The notes beneath the pieces were generated by a model that saw only the letters and a list, made by a program, of their open reading frames with translations, ran no database searches and had not been told where the DNA came from. A DNA stretch of 64,000 nt, taken from NCBI GenBank assembly GCA_041740355.1, contig JBGSMD010000038.1, positions 96,001-160,000 of the forward strand, written 5' to 3'. Shown one piece after another: positions 1-8,080 of the stretch. Each line of letters begins with the position of its first letter. The stretch's first letter is position 1. The stretch is from Bdellovibrionota bacterium. Lineage in GTDB: Bacteria; Bdellovibrionota_C; UBA2361; CALJRW01. Both the position numbers and the translations under genes were made by a program.

Positions 1-1
1 G

Positions 2-196
2 CTATCCTTAATCGATATTATTTCTAAGACTAACCCTAAAAGACTTGTAGAATTATTTTCTAAAGAGGAGTACTTACTAAAATTTTTTGAAATAACATTT
101 GAAAATAGGGTGCCTGATATGTTCTATAGTGGACTGATTCCAGATTTATATAAAGAAATTATAATTCGAGCTGCGGCCCTAGACAAAGAGACCTAA
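2..196 (+). CDS. 3' end of a hypothetical protein (runs off the window start)
   Basis: Open frame from the window edge (LSLIDIISKTNPK...AAALDKET) to TAA at 194-196; no recognised motif. Confidence 0.55.
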   Translation, partial: LSLIDIISKTNPKRLVELFSKEEYLLKFFEITFENRVPDMFYSGLIPDLYKEIIIRAAALDKET

Positions 197-537
197 CCTT
201 ATATTAAAACTTTGCCCTCCACGTACTTCGGAATTAGAACTTTGTATATAGTAATGACAAAAAATAATTTACGTTAGTAAATTGAATAGAGTCATTACGG
301 CTAATGCAAATCTTGGTTTTATCCAAGTTTGCATAGCTAAAAACAACATTAATAGTGAGTTCAAGCAAAATCGTTAATCATTTAAAGTAATTTATTTATT
401 GGACTCACTATATTTAACAGAGAATTGCCATTAAATAAGAGTTTTGCTAATTTGTGGTATACCTGATGTTTATTTTTATTGCCAGTTTAGGATAAATAAA
501 AGTATCAGGATATTTTTCAATTTATAGATCTTAAGCA

Positions 538-759
538 ATGGAATTTGATAATCACGAAAATCGTTTAGCAAGTCTTTGGTTTGTTGGAGCTGGAATCTTC
601 GCAATTTGCCTAGGTATCTTCATTTTTAATGTTGATTTGTACATCACAAATTCTGACCGAGAAGAAATTCGTGGAAGGGAAATGAAAGAAGTGCGAACCG
701 CCCAAGCCTCTTTTGTTAGTACGCAAGATCCACGGATAGCAGCTTCTAACCCAAAATAA
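538..759 (+). CDS. Small single-TM hypothetical protein
   Basis: 73-aa ORF with one hydrophobic segment (LWFVGAGIFAICLGIFIF). Confidence 0.55.
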   Translation: MEFDNHENRLASLWFVGAGIFAICLGIFIFNVDLYITNSDREEIRGREMKEVRTAQASFVSTQDPRIAASNPK

Positions 760-780
760 ATCCCACAAAATAAGATTCTG

Positions 781-1830
781 TTATTTTGTAGCAGAAACGC
801 TAGGTATTACTTTAATCCCTTCAGGGATTGGTAGAAAGGTTAATTGGAAAAATGGCTCAACTTTTATTCTAATTAATAGATTAGTTCCATCTTCAGACTC
901 AACTTGTTCAGCTTTAACATTCAGAAATCCAAGACTATTTTGGGGGGCATAAAAAATCTGCGCTAAGTGCTGACCAGAGAGCTTAAATTCGGGAATCATC
1001 AATTCATAAAGTCCCTGTTCTTTTAGTGTAAATGAGAAGTTTGGTTTTGGTGCAAAGCCTAGTAATAAATAATTTTCTTCCTCACTTAGATTAACATATT
1101 CCATGCTAGTTAGATTCTTTGTAGAATTACTGGGGCTAAGCTTGGTATTAGTTATGATTGATTCTTTTTTAGCTTCAATTATCGGAGGTGACGTTGTTAC
1201 TTTTGTGGGAACATCTTTTTCAACTCCAGTTGGGGTTATTTCTTCCGTGATTGATATTGTAGGATTTGCTTCTATTTCTAAATTAGGCTGAGCATTAAAT
1301 GCTATTACTTCCTCAGTAATCAGCTCTTTTTCATTTTCTTTCGTGGCTACTTTTTCCGTAAGACTTAAACTTTGAACAGTCGTTGTTGTTGGAGTAGAAG
1401 TAATCTCATCGGGTGTTAGTATCACTGTGGAATTACTGCTTGAGAGAATATTCCCAAAAATGATACTAAAATTACCAAGGGTATTTTTTAGTTTAAATTC
1501 AGGTACTGCGTTTTCGCTTAGTTGTATCTCAAGGGAATATTCCTTTGTTGATAATGGTTTTAGATCAATTCTGGCAATTCCAGCATGGTTAACTTCTAAT
1601 TCTTTAGCTTGCCAAGCGGTATCAGTTTCAAAAATGAAAATTAACTTAGTGGGATTAGAATCTTGTCTAAGCGTTTGTAGTTTAAATTTTTGATCTGACT
1701 CAAGTTGTACGATTTGACTTTTGCTGTCTTTCTCCAAACTAATTATAGGCCACGGCGATTCTGCCAAAAGTAATATTGGTTGAAGCAGGAGAAACAATGC
1801 AATTAATAAAAGATAGTCAATTCTTTTCAT
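781..1830 (-). CDS. Secreted/periplasmic protein, possibly AMIN-like domains separated by a Thr/Pro/Glu-rich linker
   Basis: N-terminal signal peptide; two beta-rich segments around a low-complexity linker; AMIN call is tentative. Confidence 0.55.
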   Translation of the reverse strand: MKRIDYLLLIALFLLLQPILLLAESPWPIISLEKDSKSQIVQLESDQKFKLQTLRQDSNPTKLIFIFETDTAWQAKELEVNHAGIARIDLKPLSTKEYSLEIQLSENAVPEFKLKNTLGNFSIIFGNILSSSNSTVILTPDEITSTPTTTTVQSLSLTEKVATKENEKELITEEVIAFNAQPNLEIEANPTISITEEITPTGVEKDVPTKVTTSPPIIEAKKESIITNTKLSPSNSTKNLTSMEYVNLSEEENYLLLGFAPKPNFSFTLKEQGLYELMIPEFKLSGQHLAQIFYAPQNSLGFLNVKAEQVESEDGTNLLIRIKVEPFFQLTFLPIPEGIKVIPSVSATK

Positions 1831-1979
1831 TTTTAATTACCAAACAACTTTATTTTTTTTATCACGATACAGTTTCTAGTAGGAGCAACTTTTTAAAGAT
1901 AGATTTTTGAAGGTACTCGTATCAAAATTTTCAGCGTATTTATGGAAATGCGCTACTCCTAATGAAGCCTACTATAAAG

Positions 1980-2114
1980 AGTCCTAAAAGTAATTTATCA
2001 AAGAAAATTACTTTTAGGGCTTTCTACCCCCGAAGGTAGAATAAAATCATATAGTTATTAAAAAAAGCAAGTAACTCTATTTTATTTATAAGTAATTAAT
2101 TTTTGGAATAACTA
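1980..2114 (+). repeat. ~135-nt three-hairpin dispersed repeat, copy 1 (homologous to 31596-31732 on the minus strand)
   Basis: Stem CCTAAAAGTAATTT/AAATTACTTTTAGG, short hairpin TTCTACC/GGTAGAA, 19-mer AATAAAATCATATAGTTAT identical in both copies, stem TAGTTATT/AATAACTA. Confidence 0.75.
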
Positions 2115-2117
2115 GAT

Positions 2118-3650
2118 ATGTTAGCACGTACCTTTAGTTCGGTCATTAACGGCCTTTCCGCTGTGGCAGTGGAGGTCCAAATCAAAATCTTACCTACCAG
2201 AAATGATCATGAATTTAAGTTTGAGATAATTGGACTAGCTGATACGGCAATACGAGAAGCCCGACATCGCGTGGTAAGTGCCTTAAAGGTAATTGGGGTC
2301 AAGGTTCCGAGTCATGTGTTAGTTAATTTAGCACCTGCTGGAATCAAAAAGGATGGATCTAGTTTTGATCTTTCAATTGCAGTTGCTCTTTTAAATGCGA
2401 TGAAGAAGTTAGACCTGCCGGTAAAGAATTGTGGATATTACGGCGAACTGGCGCTTGATGGATCAATTAAGCCAGTGGTTGGTATGGTTGCGCACGCTAT
2501 TGCTGCGCGTAAAAACGGTTGGAAAAAACTATTTGTTCCGGCTATAAATGCCGAAGAGGTCGTGGCAGTAACAGGCTTGGAAATCATACCTCTACGGGCA
2601 GTCGAAGATCTATTTGCTTATAGCCGTGGAGAGCTGTTGCCTTTAGAGCCAAGCTTAAAGCAGGAGCTGACTGATTCGAATTTTACTTGCTTAGCGGATG
2701 TTCAGGGGCAGGAACAAGCGAAACGTGCTTTGGTCTTGGCAGCAACAGGAGGGCACAATCTCTTGTTCGTTGGGCCACCTGGTTGTGGCAAAAGTATGTT
2801 AGCACAGCGTTTGCCTTTACTTCTAAGTCCGATGAGTAATGAAGAGAAGATTGAATCTGCCGCTATTCATAGTGTTGCTGGGATTGCCACTAAAGATTTA
2901 TTGGCAGGCAAACGTCCATTTCGCAGCCCTCATTATACAATTTCAGATATTGGACTGATAGGAGGAGGTCATAATCCAAAGCCTGGAGAGATTAGTTTAG
3001 CTCATAATGGAGTCTTGTTCTTAGATGAGTTTCCTGAATATAAGCGTTTAGCTTTGGAAGCTTTGCGAGCGCCTTTAGAATCTCGAAAGTTGTTGATCAG
3101 TCGAGCAAAGTATAATCAAGAGTTCCCAGCAAATTTTCAATTAATCGCTGCGATGAATCCTTGTCCATGTGGACGCTTGGGTTCAATTCGTGGGGACTGC
3201 TCATGCGGGCCTTATGCCGTAAACAAATATTTACAAAAACTTTCTGGCCCCATTTTGGATCGGATTGACCTTCAGGTTTCATTGCAATCTGTTGATATTA
3301 ATCAATTCCGTAACCAAGTATTACCTAGCAAGGATGATTCTGAAACTAATTTGTTGCTAAAGATTCAAAAAGCCCAAAGAATTGCAATCGAAAGACAAGG
3401 AGTAAGTAATAGCCTGTTAGATAATAAGAGATTGCTCAAAATTGTTCGCTTAAAAAATAGTGCTGAAGATTTTTTAGAAAACTTTGCTAGTAAGCGTAAT
3501 TTTAGTGCCAGGGCTTACTTTAGGGTTTTAAAAGTATCCCTGACAATTTCTGATTTAAAGGAGTCTAAAGGAGTGGAGATTGAGGATGTCGCTGAAGCTT
3601 TATCTTTCCGGAGTTTAGAGATTATTAAGGATTATGCTCGAGTTAGCTAA
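2118..3650 (+). CDS. comM: YifB/ComM family Mg-chelatase-like AAA+ ATPase
   Basis: VNLAPA..KDGSSFDL, Walker A GPPGCGKS, GEISLAHNGVLFLDE, AMNPCPCG, LSGPILDRIDL. Confidence 0.93.
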   Translation: MLARTFSSVINGLSAVAVEVQIKILPTRNDHEFKFEIIGLADTAIREARHRVVSALKVIGVKVPSHVLVNLAPAGIKKDGSSFDLSIAVALLNAMKKLDLPVKNCGYYGELALDGSIKPVVGMVAHAIAARKNGWKKLFVPAINAEEVVAVTGLEIIPLRAVEDLFAYSRGELLPLEPSLKQELTDSNFTCLADVQGQEQAKRALVLAATGGHNLLFVGPPGCGKSMLAQRLPLLLSPMSNEEKIESAAIHSVAGIATKDLLAGKRPFRSPHYTISDIGLIGGGHNPKPGEISLAHNGVLFLDEFPEYKRLALEALRAPLESRKLLISRAKYNQEFPANFQLIAAMNPCPCGRLGSIRGDCSCGPYAVNKYLQKLSGPILDRIDLQVSLQSVDINQFRNQVLPSKDDSETNLLLKIQKAQRIAIERQGVSNSLLDNKRLLKIVRLKNSAEDFLENFASKRNFSARAYFRVLKVSLTISDLKESKGVEIEDVAEALSFRSLEIIKDYARVS

Positions 3651-3700
3651 ATCCTAACATTGAATCCAACAGGATAAACCTCTGACAGACTTAAAAGATT

Positions 3701-4585
3701 TTACTCTGTAAATTCCCATTTAGCATTAGGATCTTTGGGAGCCTCAGTAGTTTCTTCCGTTCCAATAGATTGCTCTTTAGTTAAGCTGCCAAAGTCATTT
3801 TCTTTAGCAGGTAAGACGATATCAACTAATTTAGTATTTTCTTCACCAGTAAAGTCAATTGTGATTTCTTTGACGACAATTCGATCTGGTTTGATTTCAC
3901 TAACTGTTCCCTCGTATAAACCAATCTTACTTCCAATTTGAACAGTGTGGCCTTTGCCATTACCATCTTCGATAATTGCTTTTGGTTCTCCCGAATCTAA
4001 CAGCACGGCAGAAACACGAAATTGAGCATAATCAAACTGCTCCAATGGTGTTTTGCCTTTTACTTGACGATTAAATCTGTCAAAATCAAGTGGACGAAAA
4101 GGATCTTTTTTCCCCGTTGGATCGTAAATAAATAATTGATCTTCAAAATTATTTAAGGAAGCAATCAGCGTATCCTCTTCATTCTGGTCAACATCACCTT
4201 CTGCGACGGTGCCATCAGGAGCAGTAGCATTTCCAGTTGCACCTTCCTTGCCTAGTATAAAACTCTCACCATCTTTCTTATATTCATATGGTTCGGCAGT
4301 ATTTGGATCTACTGGCACAGCTTCGAAATAATCTGGCACGAGTTGATCTAGTGAATCAGGGTAGGCATTGTTTTTCATTCGGTAGTTATTCAATGCGATG
4401 TGCAGTCTGATTGCAGAACGTTGTTCATCTCCCACATCACCACTTTCAATCGCTGAATCCATAGCATCTTTAAATGATGTTGGTTCACTGGAGATTTTGT
4501 AACGTAAGAGAACGATTGCCTGGATCAGAATAATTGGTCCAGTTAAAATTAATAATTTTTTGAGATAACTTGATTTAGCTGCCAT
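3701..4585 (-). CDS. Membrane-anchored protein: GspG/pseudopilin-like domain fused to a C-terminal PilP domain
   Basis: N-terminal TM; LNNYR..YPDSLDQLVPDY..VPVDP..YEY (GspG-like); YDPTGKKDPFRP..PLEQF..AIIEDGNGKGHTV.IG..IG..G.V..I...RIVVKE (PilP). Confidence 0.75.
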   Translation of the reverse strand: MAAKSSYLKKLLILTGPIILIQAIVLLRYKISSEPTSFKDAMDSAIESGDVGDEQRSAIRLHIALNNYRMKNNAYPDSLDQLVPDYFEAVPVDPNTAEPYEYKKDGESFILGKEGATGNATAPDGTVAEGDVDQNEEDTLIASLNNFEDQLFIYDPTGKKDPFRPLDFDRFNRQVKGKTPLEQFDYAQFRVSAVLLDSGEPKAIIEDGNGKGHTVQIGSKIGLYEGTVSEIKPDRIVVKEITIDFTGEENTKLVDIVLPAKENDFGSLTKEQSIGTEETTEAPKDPNAKWEFTE

Positions 4586-4807
4586 AGGATAATCTTTAAC
4601 TAGGCTACTTTACCAAGTTCTTAATTGATTTAACAAGATCTAAATATTTAAAAAATTGATCTATCTAATTTTAACAAAGGGGCTTTTGATCGATCCTTCT
4701 TAGAATTGTAATAATCTTAATGCCTTCTGAGAGTGATTGTTTTGAATTAATGAGACATTCTTTGGAAGATAAGAATTGCCATTTTGAAGTAACGTCTAAA
4801 TTAAGTA

Positions 4808-4882
4808 TCGGGGTGATAGGATTCGAACCTACGACCCCTGGTTCCCAAAACCAGTGCTCTAGCCAGACTGAGCTACACCCCG
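4808..4882 (-). tRNA. tRNA-Pro(TGG), CCA not encoded
   Basis: Reverse complement CGGGGTG..CTGGT-TT-TGG-GA-ACCAG..GGTTCGAATCC..CACCCCGA folds as a cloverleaf. Confidence 0.96.
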
Positions 4883-5118
4883 AAATTAACTGACGTGCAA
4901 GGAAGATAGCTAATTATGAAAAAATAATAAAGCCCATTAGGCATTTTTTTTTATTTAGTTGTAAATCATAGTAATAAAGCAAACTTTTGTTATAAAATTG
5001 TTGCTTGTTTTATATTGACAGTTAGATCCATAATCAAGAGGCTAAGGATTTCGCAGATAGTTGATATTAGCTTATAGAAGTCAACTTAAGCAGCATTTAT
5101 TTTTGGATAATATTTGAA

Positions 5119-6501
5119 ATGGGAAACAGTTTTAAATTTGCAGATTTGCAGTTAAAAAAAGTCAGTTTAGGGGAATATCAAGTCTCTGGGTGGGTAAAGA
5201 CCCACCGACAATCCAAGAATATTTCTTTTATTGAATTGTCTGATGGTTCCTCTGTGAAAGGGCTACAATTGGTAATTGAGCCTAACTTAGCGACATACGC
5301 TCCAATTGCGGATCGAGTTAGTACTGGTTCTTCAATCATCGTCAGTGGTAAATTAGTAGAATCGCCAGCCAAAGGGCAGACCCATGAATTTCAAGTTAGT
5401 GAGATTGCGCTTGTGGGAGAAGCCGATCCAGAAAAATATTTTTTACAGAAGAAACATCACGGGTTAGATACCCTGCGTGAGAATTTACATTTTCGCCCTC
5501 GCTCTAACACTTTTGGTGCTGTTTTTCGAATTCGTTCTAATGTAGCTTTTGCTGTTCATAAATTTTTTAAAGAACGAGGCTTTTACTATATCCACACTCC
5601 GATTATTACTACTTCGGATTGTGAAGGAGCAGGGGAGATGTTTCAAGTTACAACTTTGAAGCCTGGAAATGCTAAAGTTGATTACACCCAAGATTTTTTT
5701 AAGGCGCCGGCGTTTTTAACTGTCTCGGGGCAGCTAGAGGGCGAGATTTTTGCTACGGCACTTGGCAAGATTTATACCTTTGGCCCAACTTTTCGTGCTG
5801 AAAATTCCAATACCAGTAGACATTTATCCGAGTTTTGGATGATTGAGCCCGAAATATCTTTTTGTGATTTGGCTCAGGATATGCAAGTTGCCAGTGATTT
5901 TATTAAGTACCTAATTTCCTACACACTGGAAGAATCTGCGGCCGACCTGGAGTTTTTGCATCAGGCGGAATGGTGTGTGCCTAATCTTCGAGCTAATTTG
6001 GAAGCTGTTGTTAATAAGCCGGCTGAGGTTTTGGAATATACCGAAGCAATTAAAATTTTAGAAAATGCCACACAGGCCTTTGAGTATCCGGTTAGTTGGG
6101 GCATTGACTTACAATCCGAACATGAGCGTTACTTAACAGAGAAGCATGTTCAAGGTCCCGTCTTTGTAATTAATTATCCAAAAACTATTAAGCCGTTTTA
6201 TATGCGCCTTAATGACGATGAAAAAACAGTTACTGGAATGGATTTATTAACTCCTGGGATCGGTGAAATTATTGGTGGTGGGCAACGTGAAGATCGCTTA
6301 GATTTGTTGACTCACAGAATGCAAGCACAAGGATTAGATGTTAGTAATTATTGGTGGTATTTACAACTTAGAGAGTTTGGTTCAGTACCACATGCCGGCT
6401 TTGGTTTAGGCTTTGAAAGATTCTTGATGTATGTGACTGGAATGAAAAATATTCGTGATGTTATTCCAGTGCCGAGATATCCGGGGCATGGGGGGATTTA
6501 A
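5119..6501 (+). CDS. asnS: Asparagine--tRNA ligase
   Basis: TVSGQLEGE, TFGPTFRAENSNTSRHLSEFWMIEPE, WGIDLQSEHERYL, GFGLGFER. Confidence 0.97.
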   Translation: MGNSFKFADLQLKKVSLGEYQVSGWVKTHRQSKNISFIELSDGSSVKGLQLVIEPNLATYAPIADRVSTGSSIIVSGKLVESPAKGQTHEFQVSEIALVGEADPEKYFLQKKHHGLDTLRENLHFRPRSNTFGAVFRIRSNVAFAVHKFFKERGFYYIHTPIITTSDCEGAGEMFQVTTLKPGNAKVDYTQDFFKAPAFLTVSGQLEGEIFATALGKIYTFGPTFRAENSNTSRHLSEFWMIEPEISFCDLAQDMQVASDFIKYLISYTLEESAADLEFLHQAEWCVPNLRANLEAVVNKPAEVLEYTEAIKILENATQAFEYPVSWGIDLQSEHERYLTEKHVQGPVFVINYPKTIKPFYMRLNDDEKTVTGMDLLTPGIGEIIGGGQREDRLDLLTHRMQAQGLDVSNYWWYLQLREFGSVPHAGFGLGFERFLMYVTGMKNIRDVIPVPRYPGHGGI

Positions 6502-6524
6502 TCCATTTATTATCGCCTAAATCT

Positions 6525-6971
6525 ATGTTCGATTTTTCCTATTTAACCCTTCCAGCGGTCATTATATTAATGATCTTTTGGTTTGTTTGGCAAAGAGATC
6601 GTAAGTTTATCAAACAGTTTCAGTATACTGGGAGTATCGATGCACGGTTAGTAGTAGGAGAGGGGAGCATTGATTTCCCTCTGCTTTCTTTTATCACTTA
6701 CAAAGAATATTTTGTCTCGAAGTAAGGCTTATATATTAGATGCAGACTGGGTAAAAATCTTTTTTTTCCTTGGAAAGAAATTCATTCGTATCGCACTTTT
6801 AATTTGGGGGAGGTAAGTATCTCTCCTAATATTACTATTCCAGTTGCGAGAGTCTCTCGTACTTATTTCCTTGTTAAGTTATTTCCAAGTATCACTATTG
6901 AAGCACCTGTTGCTTGTTTTGAGTCAGAAGAGGCTCGTAAGGAAACTTTACAAAAGATCGGTTTTATTTAG
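6525..6971 (+). pseudogene. Probable disrupted membrane-anchored hypothetical gene
   Basis: In-frame TAA at 6723-6725, reading continues (GLYIRCRLGK...), then a second frame from ~6805 (EVSISPNITIPVAR...QKIGFI) ends at TAG 6969-6971. Confidence 0.45.
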
Positions 6972-7004
6972 AAAAAAATACGGATTTATCTAAGCATAGT
7001 ATTG

Positions 7005-7080
<76 letters not shown>

Positions 7081-7126
7081 CAAATAAAGAATAAACACTA
7101 AGTATTTATTCTTTATTTGGCGTTTA

Positions 7127-7197
7127 TTCTCCCCTTTTGTGACGCACTGGATAATTTAGTTATTATTCACAATGCTAGGCGTCGCAAAAGGGGAGAA
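7127..7197. repeat. 71-nt palindromic element (TTCTCCCCTTTTGnGACGC arms), copy 1
   Basis: 19-bp inverted arms with one mismatch; same arms at 7377-7448 and 31454-31524. Confidence 0.85.
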
Positions 7198-7376
7198 TGT
7201 GATTCAATTCTTTTAAATTACTTTCTTTAAAAAATAAAGTTTCTGAGAAGATTCTTTTTATTGAGCGATTTTAGGGATGACTAACAATCCGCCTTCGCCT
7301 CTGATTTTTTAGAAGTTGTTTGGATCTAGAAGGCTACGGCGTGATTCATTTTTTTACGAAGTAACAAAGAAACTGG

Positions 7377-7448
7377 TTCTCCCCTTTTGCGACGCAACAT
7401 ATCGAGGCATTTAATAGCATCGCGACTGTGCGTCACAAAAGGGGAGAA
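7377..7448. repeat. 72-nt palindromic element, copy 2, abutting the tRNA-Tyr 3' end
   Basis: TTCTCCCCTTTTGCGACGC...GCGTCACAAAAGGGGAGAA ends directly next to the tRNA discriminator base at 7449. Confidence 0.85.
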
Positions 7449-7531
7449 TGGTGAGGGGCGGATTCGAACCGCCGTAGGCGTACACCAGCAGATTTACAGT
7501 CTGCCACCTTTAGCCACTCGGTCACCTCACC
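7449..7531 (-). tRNA. tRNA-Tyr(GTA), long variable arm, CCA not encoded
   Basis: GGTGAGG..GCAGA-CT-GTA-AA-TCTGC..GGTTCGAATCC..CCTCACC-A. Confidence 0.96.
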
Positions 7532-7568
7532 AGAATTGTTTTGATTTAACTAGCTAAGCTTTAATCTA

Positions 7569-7793
7569 CCCTCCGCAAATTATATTTGTGGAGGGCGAGC
7601 AAGATCTTGGCATTTTTATCAGACGTAGCCTTGGCTAAGTCTGAAGCCAGGTTGAGCCGTAGAATACAAAACCAATACTCACCGCATTAGCGTATGGTTT
7701 CAGTAATGTCTGTTACGGCAGACCCTGTTTTCATCAGGATTTTGCTTGCACATCACTTTTCATTTTTATAAAAAATGAAAAGCGGTGAGTATT
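7569..7793. other. Multi-hairpin structured spacer between tRNA-Gly and tRNA-Tyr
   Basis: Hairpins 7569-7595, 7619-7644 and 7756-7782; perfect 12-bp long-range pair 7674-7685/7782-7793. Confidence 0.55.
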
Positions 7794-7833
7794 AAGCTCC
7801 ACCTAGAAAAAAACCCCACGTCTAGAAAAGAAG

Positions 7834-7909
7834 TGGAGCGGGAGACGAGGCTCGAACCCGCGACATTCAGCTTGGAAGGCTGACGCTCTACCAACTGAGC
7901 TACTCCCGC
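7834..7909 (-). tRNA. tRNA-Gly(TCC)
   Basis: GCGGGAG..TCAGC-CT-TCC-AA-GCTGA..GGTTCGAG..CTCCCGC-T-CCA. Confidence 0.97.
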
Positions 7910-7944
7910 ATTAGCAATTACTAATAAAGTAAAAGCTGAGCACT

Positions 7945-7973
7945 TAAATACCTAATTCTAAGCTTTCTGGCAA
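7945..7973 (-). promoter_or_regulatory. Putative sigma70 promoter of the Gly-Tyr-Thr tRNA cluster
   Basis: TTGCCA-N17-TATTTA on the minus strand, 35 nt upstream of tRNA-Gly. Confidence 0.45.
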
Positions 7974-8080
7974 GTTTTAGATCTAAAAAGCTAGCTTAGG
8001 AAATTAACTGAAATATTAAAACTGATAGTTTATCTAGTATTCTCAGGTCTAATTTAAGTAGAATGCACAGATTGAGTGTC

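Noticed and set aside
7695-7745. Hammerhead ribozyme (CTGATGA...GAAAC on the minus strand)
   Set aside because: CTGATGA lies inside its own hairpin (CCTG/CAGG) and stems I-III cannot be formed around the core
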